A stretch of DNA of 64,000 bases. Source: Gammaproteobacteria bacterium (GTDB lineage Bacteria; Pseudomonadota; Gammaproteobacteria; JAADGQ01). Within the stretch, counting starts at the first letter, position 1, and every line of letters starts with the position of its first letter. Shown here piece by piece: positions 36,893-46,601 of this stretch. The stretch lies in contig JAKITI010000005.1 in assembly GCA_021648145.1 (NCBI GenBank), forward strand, positions 82,427 through 146,426, written 5' to 3'. A program made the position numbers and the translations under genes. The notes beneath the pieces were generated by a model, which was not told the DNA's origin, searched no databases, and worked only from the letters and a program-made list of their open reading frames with translations.

Positions 36893-36933
36893 TTCCAAAA
36901 AAAAGAGGAAGGGATTGATCCCTTCCTCTTTTT
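36893..36933. terminator. Bidirectional rho-independent terminator
   Basis: An A-run, then the 11-bp perfect stem agaggaaggga/tcccttcctct (36904-36914 / 36919-36929) with a 4-nt loop, then a T-run. It lies between convergent folE2 and the 36974-38464 gene. Confidence 0.85.
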
Positions 36934-36973
36934 AGTACAACATCATATACTTATTTCTATATGACTTTTTCCA

Positions 36974-38464
36974 TTATGGAACCACTGGTCCAGATGCAGG
37001 GCCTGCTGGAGGAGCCATAGACTCATCTGCGGGTACCGTTGATGTAGCACCCGTTCCATCTGCACCTACTCCTGTATCAACAATGGTATCCCCTGCTGAG
37101 ACATCTTGTGTACCACCCGTGGTATTGTCAGCCTCTACAACAGCTTCCTGATCAGGATCGGCTGCACCTGGTGCTGAAAACCCTGGAATACCAGTAATGC
37201 CGTTCCCACCTACAGCTGGGTCATTAATATCACCAGGTTCAGGACGATCTTCAGAGTAACCATGTGGATGAGGCTGTAACAAACCAGACAAACCGGCAGT
37301 ACCAACAGGCGGAATGTTTGGAGTCCATCCATTCAGATCATTCTCACCACGCTCTACAATGCCATCATCATCATTCGAAAATAGCTCAATCGGACGTGGA
37401 AAAGCCGCAACAAAATCTACGTTTGTTGCCCATGAATCCAGGCCACCCTGTTTACGAATATCTGCTTGGCGTTGGCCACCACCAGTACTTGCAAAACCAA
37501 CCTCTTTTACAACACCGTCCGTACCATAGTTAGTGACTTGCACATGACCAAAATCACCCGCGCCACCTAAACCAAGCTGCATGCTTTGCCCGATACCAAA
37601 GGCCTGAACACGATCACCACCTTCCCAGGTAACTTGTGGTGTATAGCCCAGAATATCGGAAAATAGCCCAGTAACACCTGTCGCACCACCCGCATCCGTA
37701 GTGCTTGCACCCGCAAGCTCTTCAAATACAAACGATGTACTATCACCAATGCCTGTCTCCAGACCATTTTTATCCAAAGCAACCCCTTGAGTCATCAAGA
37801 GTGCGCCACCCGTTTGCTCATTGTTAATATCGAATTCAGTATTCAGCCAGAAACCAAAATTAAATGATTGGCCTGTGATTGTCAGATCGTTACCCGCACC
37901 TGTAGAACCACTACCGATATAGTAAGTATTGCCTATATCAACTTCAACACCATTATCTGCTGTTGCCCAGCCTGTATTGATGACTGCAATCAAATCAAAC
38001 CGATACGCCGCATCAGTGGCACTACCTGTACCATAAGGTCGACCTATCACAGGGCCACCGCCATCTGCTGAAGTAAAGTAATCACGAATTTGTGATTTCA
38101 ACATCACACCATCAGTTTGCTGTGGCGATGAGATATTCTGAGAATAGTCAACTTTAATAATAGACTCATCAGAGAAGCCAAGCGAGCCCGGCGTACCATT
38201 AATCGGCGAACCAAATTCTCGAGGATCATTAGCGTCAACAATAACTTGACGGATATAAGATTGACCATCAACAGAAAACTGCGATTGCAGAAAACCATCA
38301 TCACGAATCAAATCCACACCGCCTAATATGTCAACAATTTGTCCATCTTCAACATACCAGCCATCAAATGGCACTGGCGCAGGCGCTTCTGCGTAAACAA
38401 CTCCACTCAACATTGGAGCCACAGCCGCTGCAACTGTAAATATACGTATTTTCTTCATTATCAA
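36974..38464 (-). CDS. Secreted hypothetical protein, Gly/Thr/Asp-rich with a Pro/Gly/Ala/Thr low-complexity C-terminus
   Basis: Has a signal peptide (MIMKKIRIFTVAAAVAPMLSGVVYA/EAP). I recognise no motif in its 496 aa. Its own terminator is at 36893-36933. Confidence 0.7.
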   Translation of the reverse strand: MIMKKIRIFTVAAAVAPMLSGVVYAEAPAPVPFDGWYVEDGQIVDILGGVDLIRDDGFLQSQFSVDGQSYIRQVIVDANDPREFGSPINGTPGSLGFSDESIIKVDYSQNISSPQQTDGVMLKSQIRDYFTSADGGGPVIGRPYGTGSATDAAYRFDLIAVINTGWATADNGVEVDIGNTYYIGSGSTGAGNDLTITGQSFNFGFWLNTEFDINNEQTGGALLMTQGVALDKNGLETGIGDSTSFVFEELAGASTTDAGGATGVTGLFSDILGYTPQVTWEGGDRVQAFGIGQSMQLGLGGAGDFGHVQVTNYGTDGVVKEVGFASTGGGQRQADIRKQGGLDSWATNVDFVAAFPRPIELFSNDDDGIVERGENDLNGWTPNIPPVGTAGLSGLLQPHPHGYSEDRPEPGDINDPAVGGNGITGIPGFSAPGAADPDQEAVVEADNTTGGTQDVSAGDTIVDTGVGADGTGATSTVPADESMAPPAGPASGPVVP

Positions 38465-38742
38465 ACCCTCCCAAACTACGGCGTTTTTTATTATTTATTA
38501 GTTGTTTAGCAAAAATTAAAACAACCCCTGACTGACATCCTACCTATACATCAGGTATAACGTCAAGTATTTTAAACGCTCTATTTTATATAGAAAAGAA
38601 AAAAAGAAAAAAGTCTTGGCTGTTACAAAGGGTTTAGATCTAAATTTAATTGATTTGCTCTTAACAATAAAGGCTGTAAGATGATGATCAGGTATTAATT
38701 TTTTACTCATAGGTTCCAAGAGTAAACAGAGGGAAAATATCT

Positions 38743-40890
38743 ATGAAGCCAGCTAGGGCACTTCAATGGCCGCCGCTTTTTTTGTTCCTGCTCTCTATTA
38801 CTTTATATGCATCCTCAGGAAGATCTGACGACAATGCGGAAAACGCAACATTTCTAACAGCAGAAGAACGCGCTTGGATTTTAGAGCACCCAATCCTGCG
38901 TATCGCTCCTGCGCCCAACTTTCCTCCCATTGAATTTTTTGATAAACAAGGCCAACACCAAGGTATTACGGCTGATTTTTTCAAGATTATTGAGAAAAAA
39001 ACAGGATTACAATTCAAAGTTGAACAACTTGAAAGCTGGGCGCATGTGCTTGTAAAAACAAAGCAGAAAGAGATTGATCTATGGGGAGAGGCAGCTCGAA
39101 CTGAAAAGCGTGAGCAGTACATGCTGTTTACCTCACCCTATTTAAGCTTTCCCGCAGCAATAATAAATCGCCAGGGCGAAAGCAACCACCTCACACTGGA
39201 TGACCTTACAAACCTTTATGTCGTCAGTATTGATGGCTACGCTTCTCACGAATACCTTAAAACGAATCACCCTGATATTAAACTTATCACTACACCAAAC
39301 ATCAAAGCTGGGCTAAAAATGGTCTCGTTTGGTTTAGCCGATGCCATCGTTGTCAATACCGCGCCTGCATCCTATTACATTCAAAAGATTGGATTAAGCA
39401 ACCTGCAAATTGCTGGCCAATCAACGTTTAGCTGGAGTCTTGCAATTGCTTCACGCAAAGACTGGCCGATACTGAACTCTATTTTACAAAAAACTCTGGA
39501 TAGCATTAGTGACACGAAAAAAGAAAAAATTATTACAAAATGGATATCACTTGATAAGCAAGCCTTCGTTGAAAAGCGCTCATTTTGGCTCATAATTGCT
39601 CTTATTACGGCCATAGCAATTGTATGCATGGCTATTGTTCTATTATGGAACTTTAGCTTGAGAAAAATGGTTCACAAAAAAACGTTAGAACTACACGGTG
39701 AGCTTGAACGTCGCAGAGAAGCTGAAGAAGCCCTGAAAAGCAGTGAAGAGCGCTTAAATAATTTTTTTGATGCCTCATTTGAAGGGCTGTTTTTACACGA
39801 CAAGGGAAAAATTCTGGACATCAATCCAGCCACAACTGAAATTTTTGGCTATAAAGCAGAGGAATTACTTAACCATAACTTGCTGGAATTCGTTAGCCCA
39901 GATCGCCGTCAAAATATCACCGAATTAATGGCAACGGGCGAACCGGGAACCTATGAAACAACTGTGATTAAAAGTGATGGAAAACCGATTCCAGTCGCTG
40001 TACGAGCACGAACCATTGAAACTGAAACCAAAGAAAAAATAAGGATTGTATCTCTCAGCGATATCAGTAAACACAAACAAGCTGAAGCGGCACTCAAAAA
40101 AGCTTACGATAATCTGGATCATATTGTGATTATGCGCACCAGTGAACTTGAGAAAGCGAACGAACGCCTGACTGAGCTCGATCAATTAAAATCCATGTTC
40201 ATAGCCTCCATGTCTCACGAGTTGCGCACACCACTTAATTCCATTGTTGGTTTTACTGGCATTATTCTTGATGGCATGTCAGGTGACATCAGCAAACAAC
40301 AAAGAGATCAGCTGACTCGAGTTTATAGCTCTGCCAAACACCTGTTGTCGCTTATTACTGACATCATTGATATTTCAAAAATAGAAGCGGGCCATACCGA
40401 TGTTTACCCCGAATCATTTATATTGGATGAACTCATCAACGAAGCGCTTCAAACCACTCAGCCACACCGTGAAAAAAAGGGATTAGCTCTCGACTCAATC
40501 ATCCCATCAGGCATTCAAATGTATACCGATAAAAAGCGTCTGCTGCAATGCTTACTCAACTACCTTAGCAATGCGATTAAATACACTGAATATGGAAAAA
40601 TTGAAATCAAAGCAAATGACCTGGATGGTCACGTTGAAATTATCGTGAAAGACAGCGGCATTGGCATAGATGACGAAGCGCTCACTCGCCTGTTCCAGCC
40701 CTTCGAACGTATTGATACACACCTACGCATCAAAACACCTGGCACAGGTTTAGGATTATATTTATGTAAAAAAATTACGGTAGAAATATTGGAAGGTAGT
40801 GTTGCTGTAGAAAGTGAATTTAAAAACGGGAGTACTTTCTCCCTAAAAATTCCAAAAAAATTAACCCACAAAAAGCCGTGGCCTCATTAG
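38743..40890 (+). CDS. Sensor histidine kinase: periplasmic family-3 solute-binding domain, TM, PAS, HisKA, HATPase_c
   Basis: Contains an SBP_bac_3-like region (LRIAPAPNFPPIEFFDKQGQHQGITADF...), the TM segment FWLIIALITAIAIVCMAIVLLW, a PAS domain, the H-box FIASMSHELRTPLNSIVGF, the N-box LSNAIKYT, and the G-boxes DSGIGI and GTGLGL. Confidence 0.85.
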   Translation: MKPARALQWPPLFLFLLSITLYASSGRSDDNAENATFLTAEERAWILEHPILRIAPAPNFPPIEFFDKQGQHQGITADFFKIIEKKTGLQFKVEQLESWAHVLVKTKQKEIDLWGEAARTEKREQYMLFTSPYLSFPAAIINRQGESNHLTLDDLTNLYVVSIDGYASHEYLKTNHPDIKLITTPNIKAGLKMVSFGLADAIVVNTAPASYYIQKIGLSNLQIAGQSTFSWSLAIASRKDWPILNSILQKTLDSISDTKKEKIITKWISLDKQAFVEKRSFWLIIALITAIAIVCMAIVLLWNFSLRKMVHKKTLELHGELERRREAEEALKSSEERLNNFFDASFEGLFLHDKGKILDINPATTEIFGYKAEELLNHNLLEFVSPDRRQNITELMATGEPGTYETTVIKSDGKPIPVAVRARTIETETKEKIRIVSLSDISKHKQAEAALKKAYDNLDHIVIMRTSELEKANERLTELDQLKSMFIASMSHELRTPLNSIVGFTGIILDGMSGDISKQQRDQLTRVYSSAKHLLSLITDIIDISKIEAGHTDVYPESFILDELINEALQTTQPHREKKGLALDSIIPSGIQMYTDKKRLLQCLLNYLSNAIKYTEYGKIEIKANDLDGHVEIIVKDSGIGIDDEALTRLFQPFERIDTHLRIKTPGTGLGLYLCKKITVEILEGSVAVESEFKNGSTFSLKIPKKLTHKKPWPH

Positions 40891-40946
40891 GGAGGCTCTG
40901 ATTAAGTCTGGTCGCACCAACCCAAGGATGTATACGGAAATAGAAC

Positions 40947-41843
40947 ATGAAAATTTTAATTGCCGAAGATGATGAAAACTCAAGACTACTCCTGGAAACC
41001 GCACTCACAGCACAAGGCTATACCGTGGAGAGCTCAAGTAATGGCCAGGACGCATTAGCCTTAGCCGAAAAATCACCTCCCTCATTAATTATTTCTGATA
41101 TTTTGATGCCACAAATGGATGGGTTTGAGCTCTGCCGTCATATTAAAGGCAACCCAAAACTACAGCATACCCCCTTCATTTTTTATTCGGCAACATTTGT
41201 CGAAAGCCTTGATGAACGTTTGGCATTGGCGCTTGGTGCGACACGCCTCATCGTAAAACCAATAGAGATGTGGATCTTGCTTGGTATTATCAAGGAGACA
41301 CTTGAGCTTGCAGATACAGAGCGACTGAATTCACCACCCACTGAAAGCGATGAACAACGGATTGAAAACCTTTACGCCGAACGACTCTCCAGAAAGCTGA
41401 CCAAAAAAGTCAAGGAGCTGGAGTGGGAGCGTGAAATTCTTATGCAAAGCGAAGAACGTTATCGCTCACTTATTAATGATGCATTAAATATTTCATCTAT
41501 TGCAATCATCATTCTGGATAGCAAATATAAGGTCACCTGGTTCAACCAGACACTTGAAGAATATTTTGATATACACCTAAGCCAAACTATCGGTCTACCT
41601 GCAGAGCAATTTTATACAGAGAAAATAAAGGACTCCTTCGAACACACTGACTGCCTTTTAGAGATCAAAAACTCAATTACACGCAGAAACCATATCAAAC
41701 ACTTGGAATGTTTACTCAAACCTGATCACAACAGCGAAGCACGCTGGCTTGAATACAACAGCAAGCCCATTCACTCTGGGCTTTACAAGGGCGGTAGAAT
41801 AGAGCATTTCACAGACATTACACGCTATAAGCAGATTGTTTGA
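40947..41843 (+). CDS. Response regulator: REC domain, coiled-coil linker and PAS-like domain, with no recognisable output domain
   Basis: The REC part reads MKILIAEDDENSRLLLETAL...LIISDILMPQMDGFEL...LIVKP. The C-terminal PAS-like region ends ...GRIEHFTDITRYKQIV*. Confidence 0.8.
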   Translation: MKILIAEDDENSRLLLETALTAQGYTVESSSNGQDALALAEKSPPSLIISDILMPQMDGFELCRHIKGNPKLQHTPFIFYSATFVESLDERLALALGATRLIVKPIEMWILLGIIKETLELADTERLNSPPTESDEQRIENLYAERLSRKLTKKVKELEWEREILMQSEERYRSLINDALNISSIAIIILDSKYKVTWFNQTLEEYFDIHLSQTIGLPAEQFYTEKIKDSFEHTDCLLEIKNSITRRNHIKHLECLLKPDHNSEARWLEYNSKPIHSGLYKGGRIEHFTDITRYKQIV

Positions 41844-41920
41844 ATCTGTCTAATTTAAAATTAGAGCGCTGCAAGCCGATAAAAGTGGCTCAGGGTTTAC
41901 AGAATGAGCACGAGTTAATC

Positions 41921-43141
41921 ATGGAAAAGAAAGGAATCAAAAAAAGTACTTTTATCTGGGAAGGGCTTGACAAGAAAAAAGCCCGCATAAAAGGTGAGAT
42001 GGAGAGCACCAGTATCGCACTGGTTAAAGCCACATTACGACGCCAGGGAATTATGCCGCTCAAGGTCAAGAAAAAGGCCAAGCCCCTGTTCGGCGCATCA
42101 AAGAAAAAAATAACCCCTAAAGACATCTCTATTTTTAGTCGGCAAATGGCCACCATGATGAGTTCGGGTGTGCCTTTAATTCAATCATTTGAAATTATTG
42201 GCCGTGGCCACGAAAATCCGAGCATGCAAGATCTGATCATGGCAGTAAAAGCCGATGTTGAAGGTGGAAATTCACTCGCCGATGCTCTGCGAAAGCACCC
42301 TAAGTATTTTGATAACTTGTATTGCAACCTTGTTCATGCGGGCGAACAAGCCGGTATACTAGAAACTTTACTGAATAAAATTGCACTCTACAAAGAAAAA
42401 GTAGAAGCCATTAAAGGGAAAATCAAAAAAGCGATGTTTTACCCCATTGCTATTATGATTGTTGCGTTTGTTGTCACAGCAATATTACTGCTTTTTGTTG
42501 TTCCACAGTTTGAAGCCATGTTCACTAATTTTGGAGGAGAACTTCCCGCTATGACAAAATTTGTCGTAGAATTATCCCGTGGACTACAGGAGTGGTGGTG
42601 GGCCATATTTGGCTCCATTGCACTTGTCATTATTGCATTGGTTCAAGCTAAAAAGCGCTCTCACAATGTGGCACGAACTATGGATCAGATGATACTTAAG
42701 GCTCCAATCATCGGCAACATTATTACCAAGGCAATCATAGCGCGCTACGCACGTACACTCTCAACCATGTTTGCAGCAGGCGTGCCACTGGTTGAAGCAA
42801 TGGGTACCGTTGCAGGTACCGCAGGAAATATTATCTACACAAACTCAATACTGCGCATGCGAGATGAAGTCTCCACAGGAACAACACTGAATCAATCCAT
42901 GCGCCAAAGCGGCATATTCCCCAACATGGTCGTGCAGATGGTCGCCATTGGTGAAGAGTCAGGAGCACTTGACTCCATGTTAAGCAAAGTGGCCAGTTTT
43001 TATGAGGAAGAGGTTGATGATGCCGTTGATGGATTAAGCAGCTTACTGGAGCCGATCATTATGGCCTTCCTCGGCGTCATCATCGGTGGCCTTGTGGTTG
43101 CCATGTACCTGCCTATTTTCAAAATGGGCGAAGTAGTGTAA
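41921..43141 (+). CDS. pilC: Type IV pilus assembly platform protein PilC (GspF family)
   Basis: MEKKGIKKSTFIWEGLDKKKARIKGEMES...FSRQMATMMSSGVPLIQSFEIIGRG is colinear with PilC. The ORF-track start at 41840 was rejected. Confidence 0.95.
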   Translation: MEKKGIKKSTFIWEGLDKKKARIKGEMESTSIALVKATLRRQGIMPLKVKKKAKPLFGASKKKITPKDISIFSRQMATMMSSGVPLIQSFEIIGRGHENPSMQDLIMAVKADVEGGNSLADALRKHPKYFDNLYCNLVHAGEQAGILETLLNKIALYKEKVEAIKGKIKKAMFYPIAIMIVAFVVTAILLLFVVPQFEAMFTNFGGELPAMTKFVVELSRGLQEWWWAIFGSIALVIIALVQAKKRSHNVARTMDQMILKAPIIGNIITKAIIARYARTLSTMFAAGVPLVEAMGTVAGTAGNIIYTNSILRMRDEVSTGTTLNQSMRQSGIFPNMVVQMVAIGEESGALDSMLSKVASFYEEEVDDAVDGLSSLLEPIIMAFLGVIIGGLVVAMYLPIFKMGEVV

Positions 43142-43154
43142 TACTTAGAGAACA

Positions 43155-44045
43155 ATGCATTTAATCATTTATTTACAAGAATCCCCGTTACTTTTCATTA
43201 CTGTCGCGGGGTTACTCGGCTTAGTGGTGGGCAGCTTTCTCAATGTGGTCATCTATCGTTTGCCCGTTATGCTGGAACGAGAGTGGCACGCGCAGTGTGA
43301 TGCCCTGATTGAAAATGAAGACATTCAAACTGATACGCCAAAAAAAAATGCCGAGCCCTTCAACCTTGCCGTCCCTCGATCCACTTGCCCTTCGTGTGGT
43401 CACATAATCAAAGCATGGGAAAATATCCCTATTATCAGCTACCTGTTGTTACGGGCTAAATGCTCAAAATGTGACACCCATATCTCTTGTCGGTACCCCA
43501 TTATTGAAGGCATCACGGCACTGTTATCTGTCACTGTTGCATGGCATTTTGGTTTTACCTGGCAAACAGGCGCAGCGTTATTGCTTACCTGGGCACTGAT
43601 CTGCCTTACCATGATTGATTTTGATCACTACCTTTTACCTGACAACATAACCCTTCCTTTTTTATGGGCAGGATTATTGCTGGCTTTATTCGGTATATTC
43701 ACTCACCCTGCCGATGCAATTATCGGTGCGATTCTGGGCTACATGATTTTATGGTCAATATACTGGGTTTTCAAACTGCTCACCGGCAAAGAAGGCATGG
43801 GGTATGGTGATTTCAAGCTGCTAGCTTTACTAGGGGCGTGGATGGGCTGGCAAGCTTTACCTGTGATCATTCTATTATCATCATTAGTTGGAGCGATTGT
43901 TGGAATTTCATTAATTGCTTTTAGAAATCATGACAAAAGCAAGCCCATTCCGTTTGGCCCTTATCTCGCGACAGCAGGTTGGATTTGCCTGATCTGGGGC
44001 AGTGATATTACTAATATTTACATGCGCTGGGTCGGGCTTGCTTAA
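43155..44045 (+). CDS. pilD: Prepilin peptidase / N-methyltransferase (A24 family)
   Basis: Has the Cys-rich N-domain (CPSCGH...CSKCDT) and the catalytic region GMGYGDFKLLALLGAW. Confidence 0.95.
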   Translation: MHLIIYLQESPLLFITVAGLLGLVVGSFLNVVIYRLPVMLEREWHAQCDALIENEDIQTDTPKKNAEPFNLAVPRSTCPSCGHIIKAWENIPIISYLLLRAKCSKCDTHISCRYPIIEGITALLSVTVAWHFGFTWQTGAALLLTWALICLTMIDFDHYLLPDNITLPFLWAGLLLALFGIFTHPADAIIGAILGYMILWSIYWVFKLLTGKEGMGYGDFKLLALLGAWMGWQALPVIILLSSLVGAIVGISLIAFRNHDKSKPIPFGPYLATAGWICLIWGSDITNIYMRWVGLA

Positions 44046-44048
44046 GCA

Positions 44049-44648
44049 ATGTTAGTCGTGGGTTTAACGGGTGGAATCGGTAGCGGAAAAAGTACCGTAT
44101 CAGCGATGTTCAAAAAAATGGGTACCCCTGTTATTGATGCTGATCAGATTGCAAGCGCACTCGTCAAACCTGAGCAGCCCGCACTAAAACAGATTATTAA
44201 TGCCTTCGGGAAGGATTTGTTGAATCAAGCTGGAGAACTTGATCGCAATAAGATGCGGAAAATCATATTCCAGAGCACCTCAAAAAAAAAGGTGTTGGAA
44301 TCTATTTTGCATCCACTGATATGGGAATCCATGCTGCATCAAATTTCATTATTAAAAGCCTCCTACTGCATTCTTGATGTTCCACTATTACTGGAGTCCA
44401 GAAAAACGGATCAAGTTGACCGAGTTTTAGTCATTGACGTACCAATCAATATACAGAGTGAAAGGGTTCAGGCTCGCGGCCATTTATCAAGGAAAGAAAT
44501 TGAAACCATTATTGCAGCACAAATAGATCGGCCGTCTCGTCTTTGTGCTGCGGATGACATTATCGTCAATGATAAAAGCCTTGTTGAACTACAAATCACA
44601 GTGCAACAGCTACATCAAAAGTATATAACACTGGCAGAAAATCATTAG
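44049..44648 (+). CDS. coaE: Dephospho-CoA kinase
   Basis: [18 protein letters not shown]-loop. Part of the pilC-pilD-coaE synteny. Confidence 0.9.
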   Translation: MLVVGLTGGIGSGKSTVSAMFKKMGTPVIDADQIASALVKPEQPALKQIINAFGKDLLNQAGELDRNKMRKIIFQSTSKKKVLESILHPLIWESMLHQISLLKASYCILDVPLLLESRKTDQVDRVLVIDVPINIQSERVQARGHLSRKEIETIIAAQIDRPSRLCAADDIIVNDKSLVELQITVQQLHQKYITLAENH

Positions 44649-44712
44649 CAGCTTGCGCTGTTTTACAGAATACCGTAGTCTGCCAAACTGTTATTCACAA
44701 TACTTTATTATC

Positions 44713-45030
44713 ATGGCCGATACTCTCAACCATCTTACCCAAATACTCGAAGAGCGTCGTAATGCGGCTCCTGAATCATCTTATGTCGCCAGTTTACATG
44801 CCAAAGGGTTAGACACCATTTTGAAAAAAGTGGGTGAAGAAGCCACTGAAACTGTCATCGCTGCAAAAAATGGTGACAAACAGCAGGTAATTTATGAAAC
44901 GGCCGATCTATGGTTTCATTCTATGGTGATGTTAAGTCATATGAACCTGACATCCGATGATATATTAAACGAACTGGAACACCGCTTTGGAACATCAGGT
45001 CTTGCAGAAAAAGCGGCGAGAAAAAAGTAG
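44713..45030 (+). CDS. hisE: Phosphoribosyl-ATP pyrophosphatase
   Basis: [55 protein letters not shown]...[13 protein letters not shown]. Confidence 0.9.
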   Translation: MADTLNHLTQILEERRNAAPESSYVASLHAKGLDTILKKVGEEATETVIAAKNGDKQQVIYETADLWFHSMVMLSHMNLTSDDILNELEHRFGTSGLAEKAARKK

Positions 45031-45036
45031 AGAATC

Positions 45037-45300
45037 ATGTTTGATATCGGTTTTTGGGAAATCGCATTAATTGGTATTATCGCACTACTCATCGTCGGCC
45101 CAGATGAGTTCCCTTCACTGGTGCGTAACATAAACCGATGGGTCAATAAGATACGCCGCTTTATTCAAAACACAAAAGCTGATATCAATCAGGAGTTGCA
45201 CAACGCTGAAATCCTGCAGCTGGAAAAAGATGGCAAAATTGATGACCACGAACACCTTGAATCCCTGACGACTAGCCAAAAAAAACCAGATCAATTATGA
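45037..45300 (+). CDS. tatB: Twin-arginine translocase TatA/TatB-family protein (TatB-like N-terminus)
   Basis: MFDIGFWEIALIGIIALLIVGPDEFPSLVRNINRWV... is a TM segment plus amphipathic helix. No tatA or tatC is adjacent. Confidence 0.6.
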   Translation: MFDIGFWEIALIGIIALLIVGPDEFPSLVRNINRWVNKIRRFIQNTKADINQELHNAEILQLEKDGKIDDHEHLESLTTSQKKPDQL

Positions 45301-46598
45301 AGCCCAACAAATATCACCTTCTGCTATTGATGCTCAGTTTCAGCTTAAATTCAGCGTCTAGCTGGGCTCAACCAACATCAGCACCAGAAACCCCCATTAG
45401 CACAGCAAAACTACCTCTCAATGAACTCCAGACTTTCAGTCAGGTGTTGCACAGAATCAAAAGCGATTATGTTGAACCAGTAAAAGACAGCAAACTACTG
45501 GAAGATGCCATTCGTGGCATGTTAGCAAACCTTGACCCACACTCAACCTACCTTGATAAAGACGAATACAAAGCGCTACAAGCAGGCACCTCGGGTGAAT
45601 TTGGTGGGCTCGGCATTGAAATCAGTACAGAAAATAATTTTCTTAAAGTCATCTCTCCAATTGATGATACACCCGCCAAACGTGCAGGAATCAGTAGCGG
45701 TGACTTAATTATACGTATTAATGATAAATCCACTAAAAACCTCTCACTAAATGAAGCCATCAAACTTCTGAGAGGCAAACCCGGTAGCACCATCACCCTC
45801 ACCATCGTACGTGACAGTGAGGAACGCCCCTTTGATGTTGAAATAACACGCGCCATTATTGAAGTTAAAAGTGTTAAAAGCCGACTGCTTGAAGATCAGT
45901 TTGGTTATATCAGAATAACGCAATTCCAAAGCCGCACCGCTGAACGTCTGCTGCGCCATATCAGTCAACTCCGTAAAAAATCAGAGGGTGAGCTCAAAGG
46001 TTTAATACTTGACCTGCGTGACAATCCCGGCGGAGTACTCGGTGCAGCCGTGGCGGTTTCGGATGCCTTCATTGACAAAGGCTTAATTGTATACACTGAA
46101 GGGCGTGTTGCTGATTCAGATATGCGCTTCAATGCCACCCCGACAGATATTCTTAAAGGCCGTCCTATCGTGGTATTAGTCAATAGCGGCTCTGCCTCAG
46201 CCTCTGAAATTGTTGCAGGCGCTCTTCAAGACCATCAACGTGCGGTGATTATGGGAAGCCAAACCTTTGGTAAGGGATCAGTACAAACGATTCAACCCAT
46301 TAGTAACGGCGCAGCATTAAAGCTAACCACAGCACGTTACTACACACCCTCAGGCCGTTCCATTCAAGCCGAAGGCATTGAGCCTGATATATTACTGGAT
46401 CATCTGGCACTCACCCAAAATGATTTATCAGAAAACCAAACCGTTTTTGAAGCAGATTTAAAAGGCCATCTGGAACAAAAAAGTACAAATAAATCTGATA
46501 GCAAGCTTGAAGACTCAGCTCATTCAATCAATGACTATCCATTATATGAAGCATTAAACCTTCTGAAAGGGCTCTACATTTTACAAAAGGATACCTAA
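45297..46598 (+). CDS. ctpA: Carboxy-terminal processing peptidase, S41A family
   Basis: Has a PDZ region (GGLGIEIS...ISPIDDTPAKRAGISSGDLIIRIND) and the catalytic region LDLRDNPGG...SASASEI...GSQTFGKGSVQ. Confidence 0.9.
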   Translation: MKPNKYHLLLLMLSFSLNSASSWAQPTSAPETPISTAKLPLNELQTFSQVLHRIKSDYVEPVKDSKLLEDAIRGMLANLDPHSTYLDKDEYKALQAGTSGEFGGLGIEISTENNFLKVISPIDDTPAKRAGISSGDLIIRINDKSTKNLSLNEAIKLLRGKPGSTITLTIVRDSEERPFDVEITRAIIEVKSVKSRLLEDQFGYIRITQFQSRTAERLLRHISQLRKKSEGELKGLILDLRDNPGGVLGAAVAVSDAFIDKGLIVYTEGRVADSDMRFNATPTDILKGRPIVVLVNSGSASASEIVAGALQDHQRAVIMGSQTFGKGSVQTIQPISNGAALKLTTARYYTPSGRSIQAEGIEPDILLDHLALTQNDLSENQTVFEADLKGHLEQKSTNKSDSKLEDSAHSINDYPLYEALNLLKGLYILQKDT

Positions 46599-46601
46599 GG
46601 G

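Noticed and set aside
41843-41920. Possible 3' remnant of pilB in the spacer before pilC. Translating the extended pilC frame gives ...IKVAQGLQNEHELI, vaguely like the ...MKAAHGVTSLAEIN end of PilB.
   Set aside because: Only about 4 identities in 14 positions, which is too weak to support without a search.
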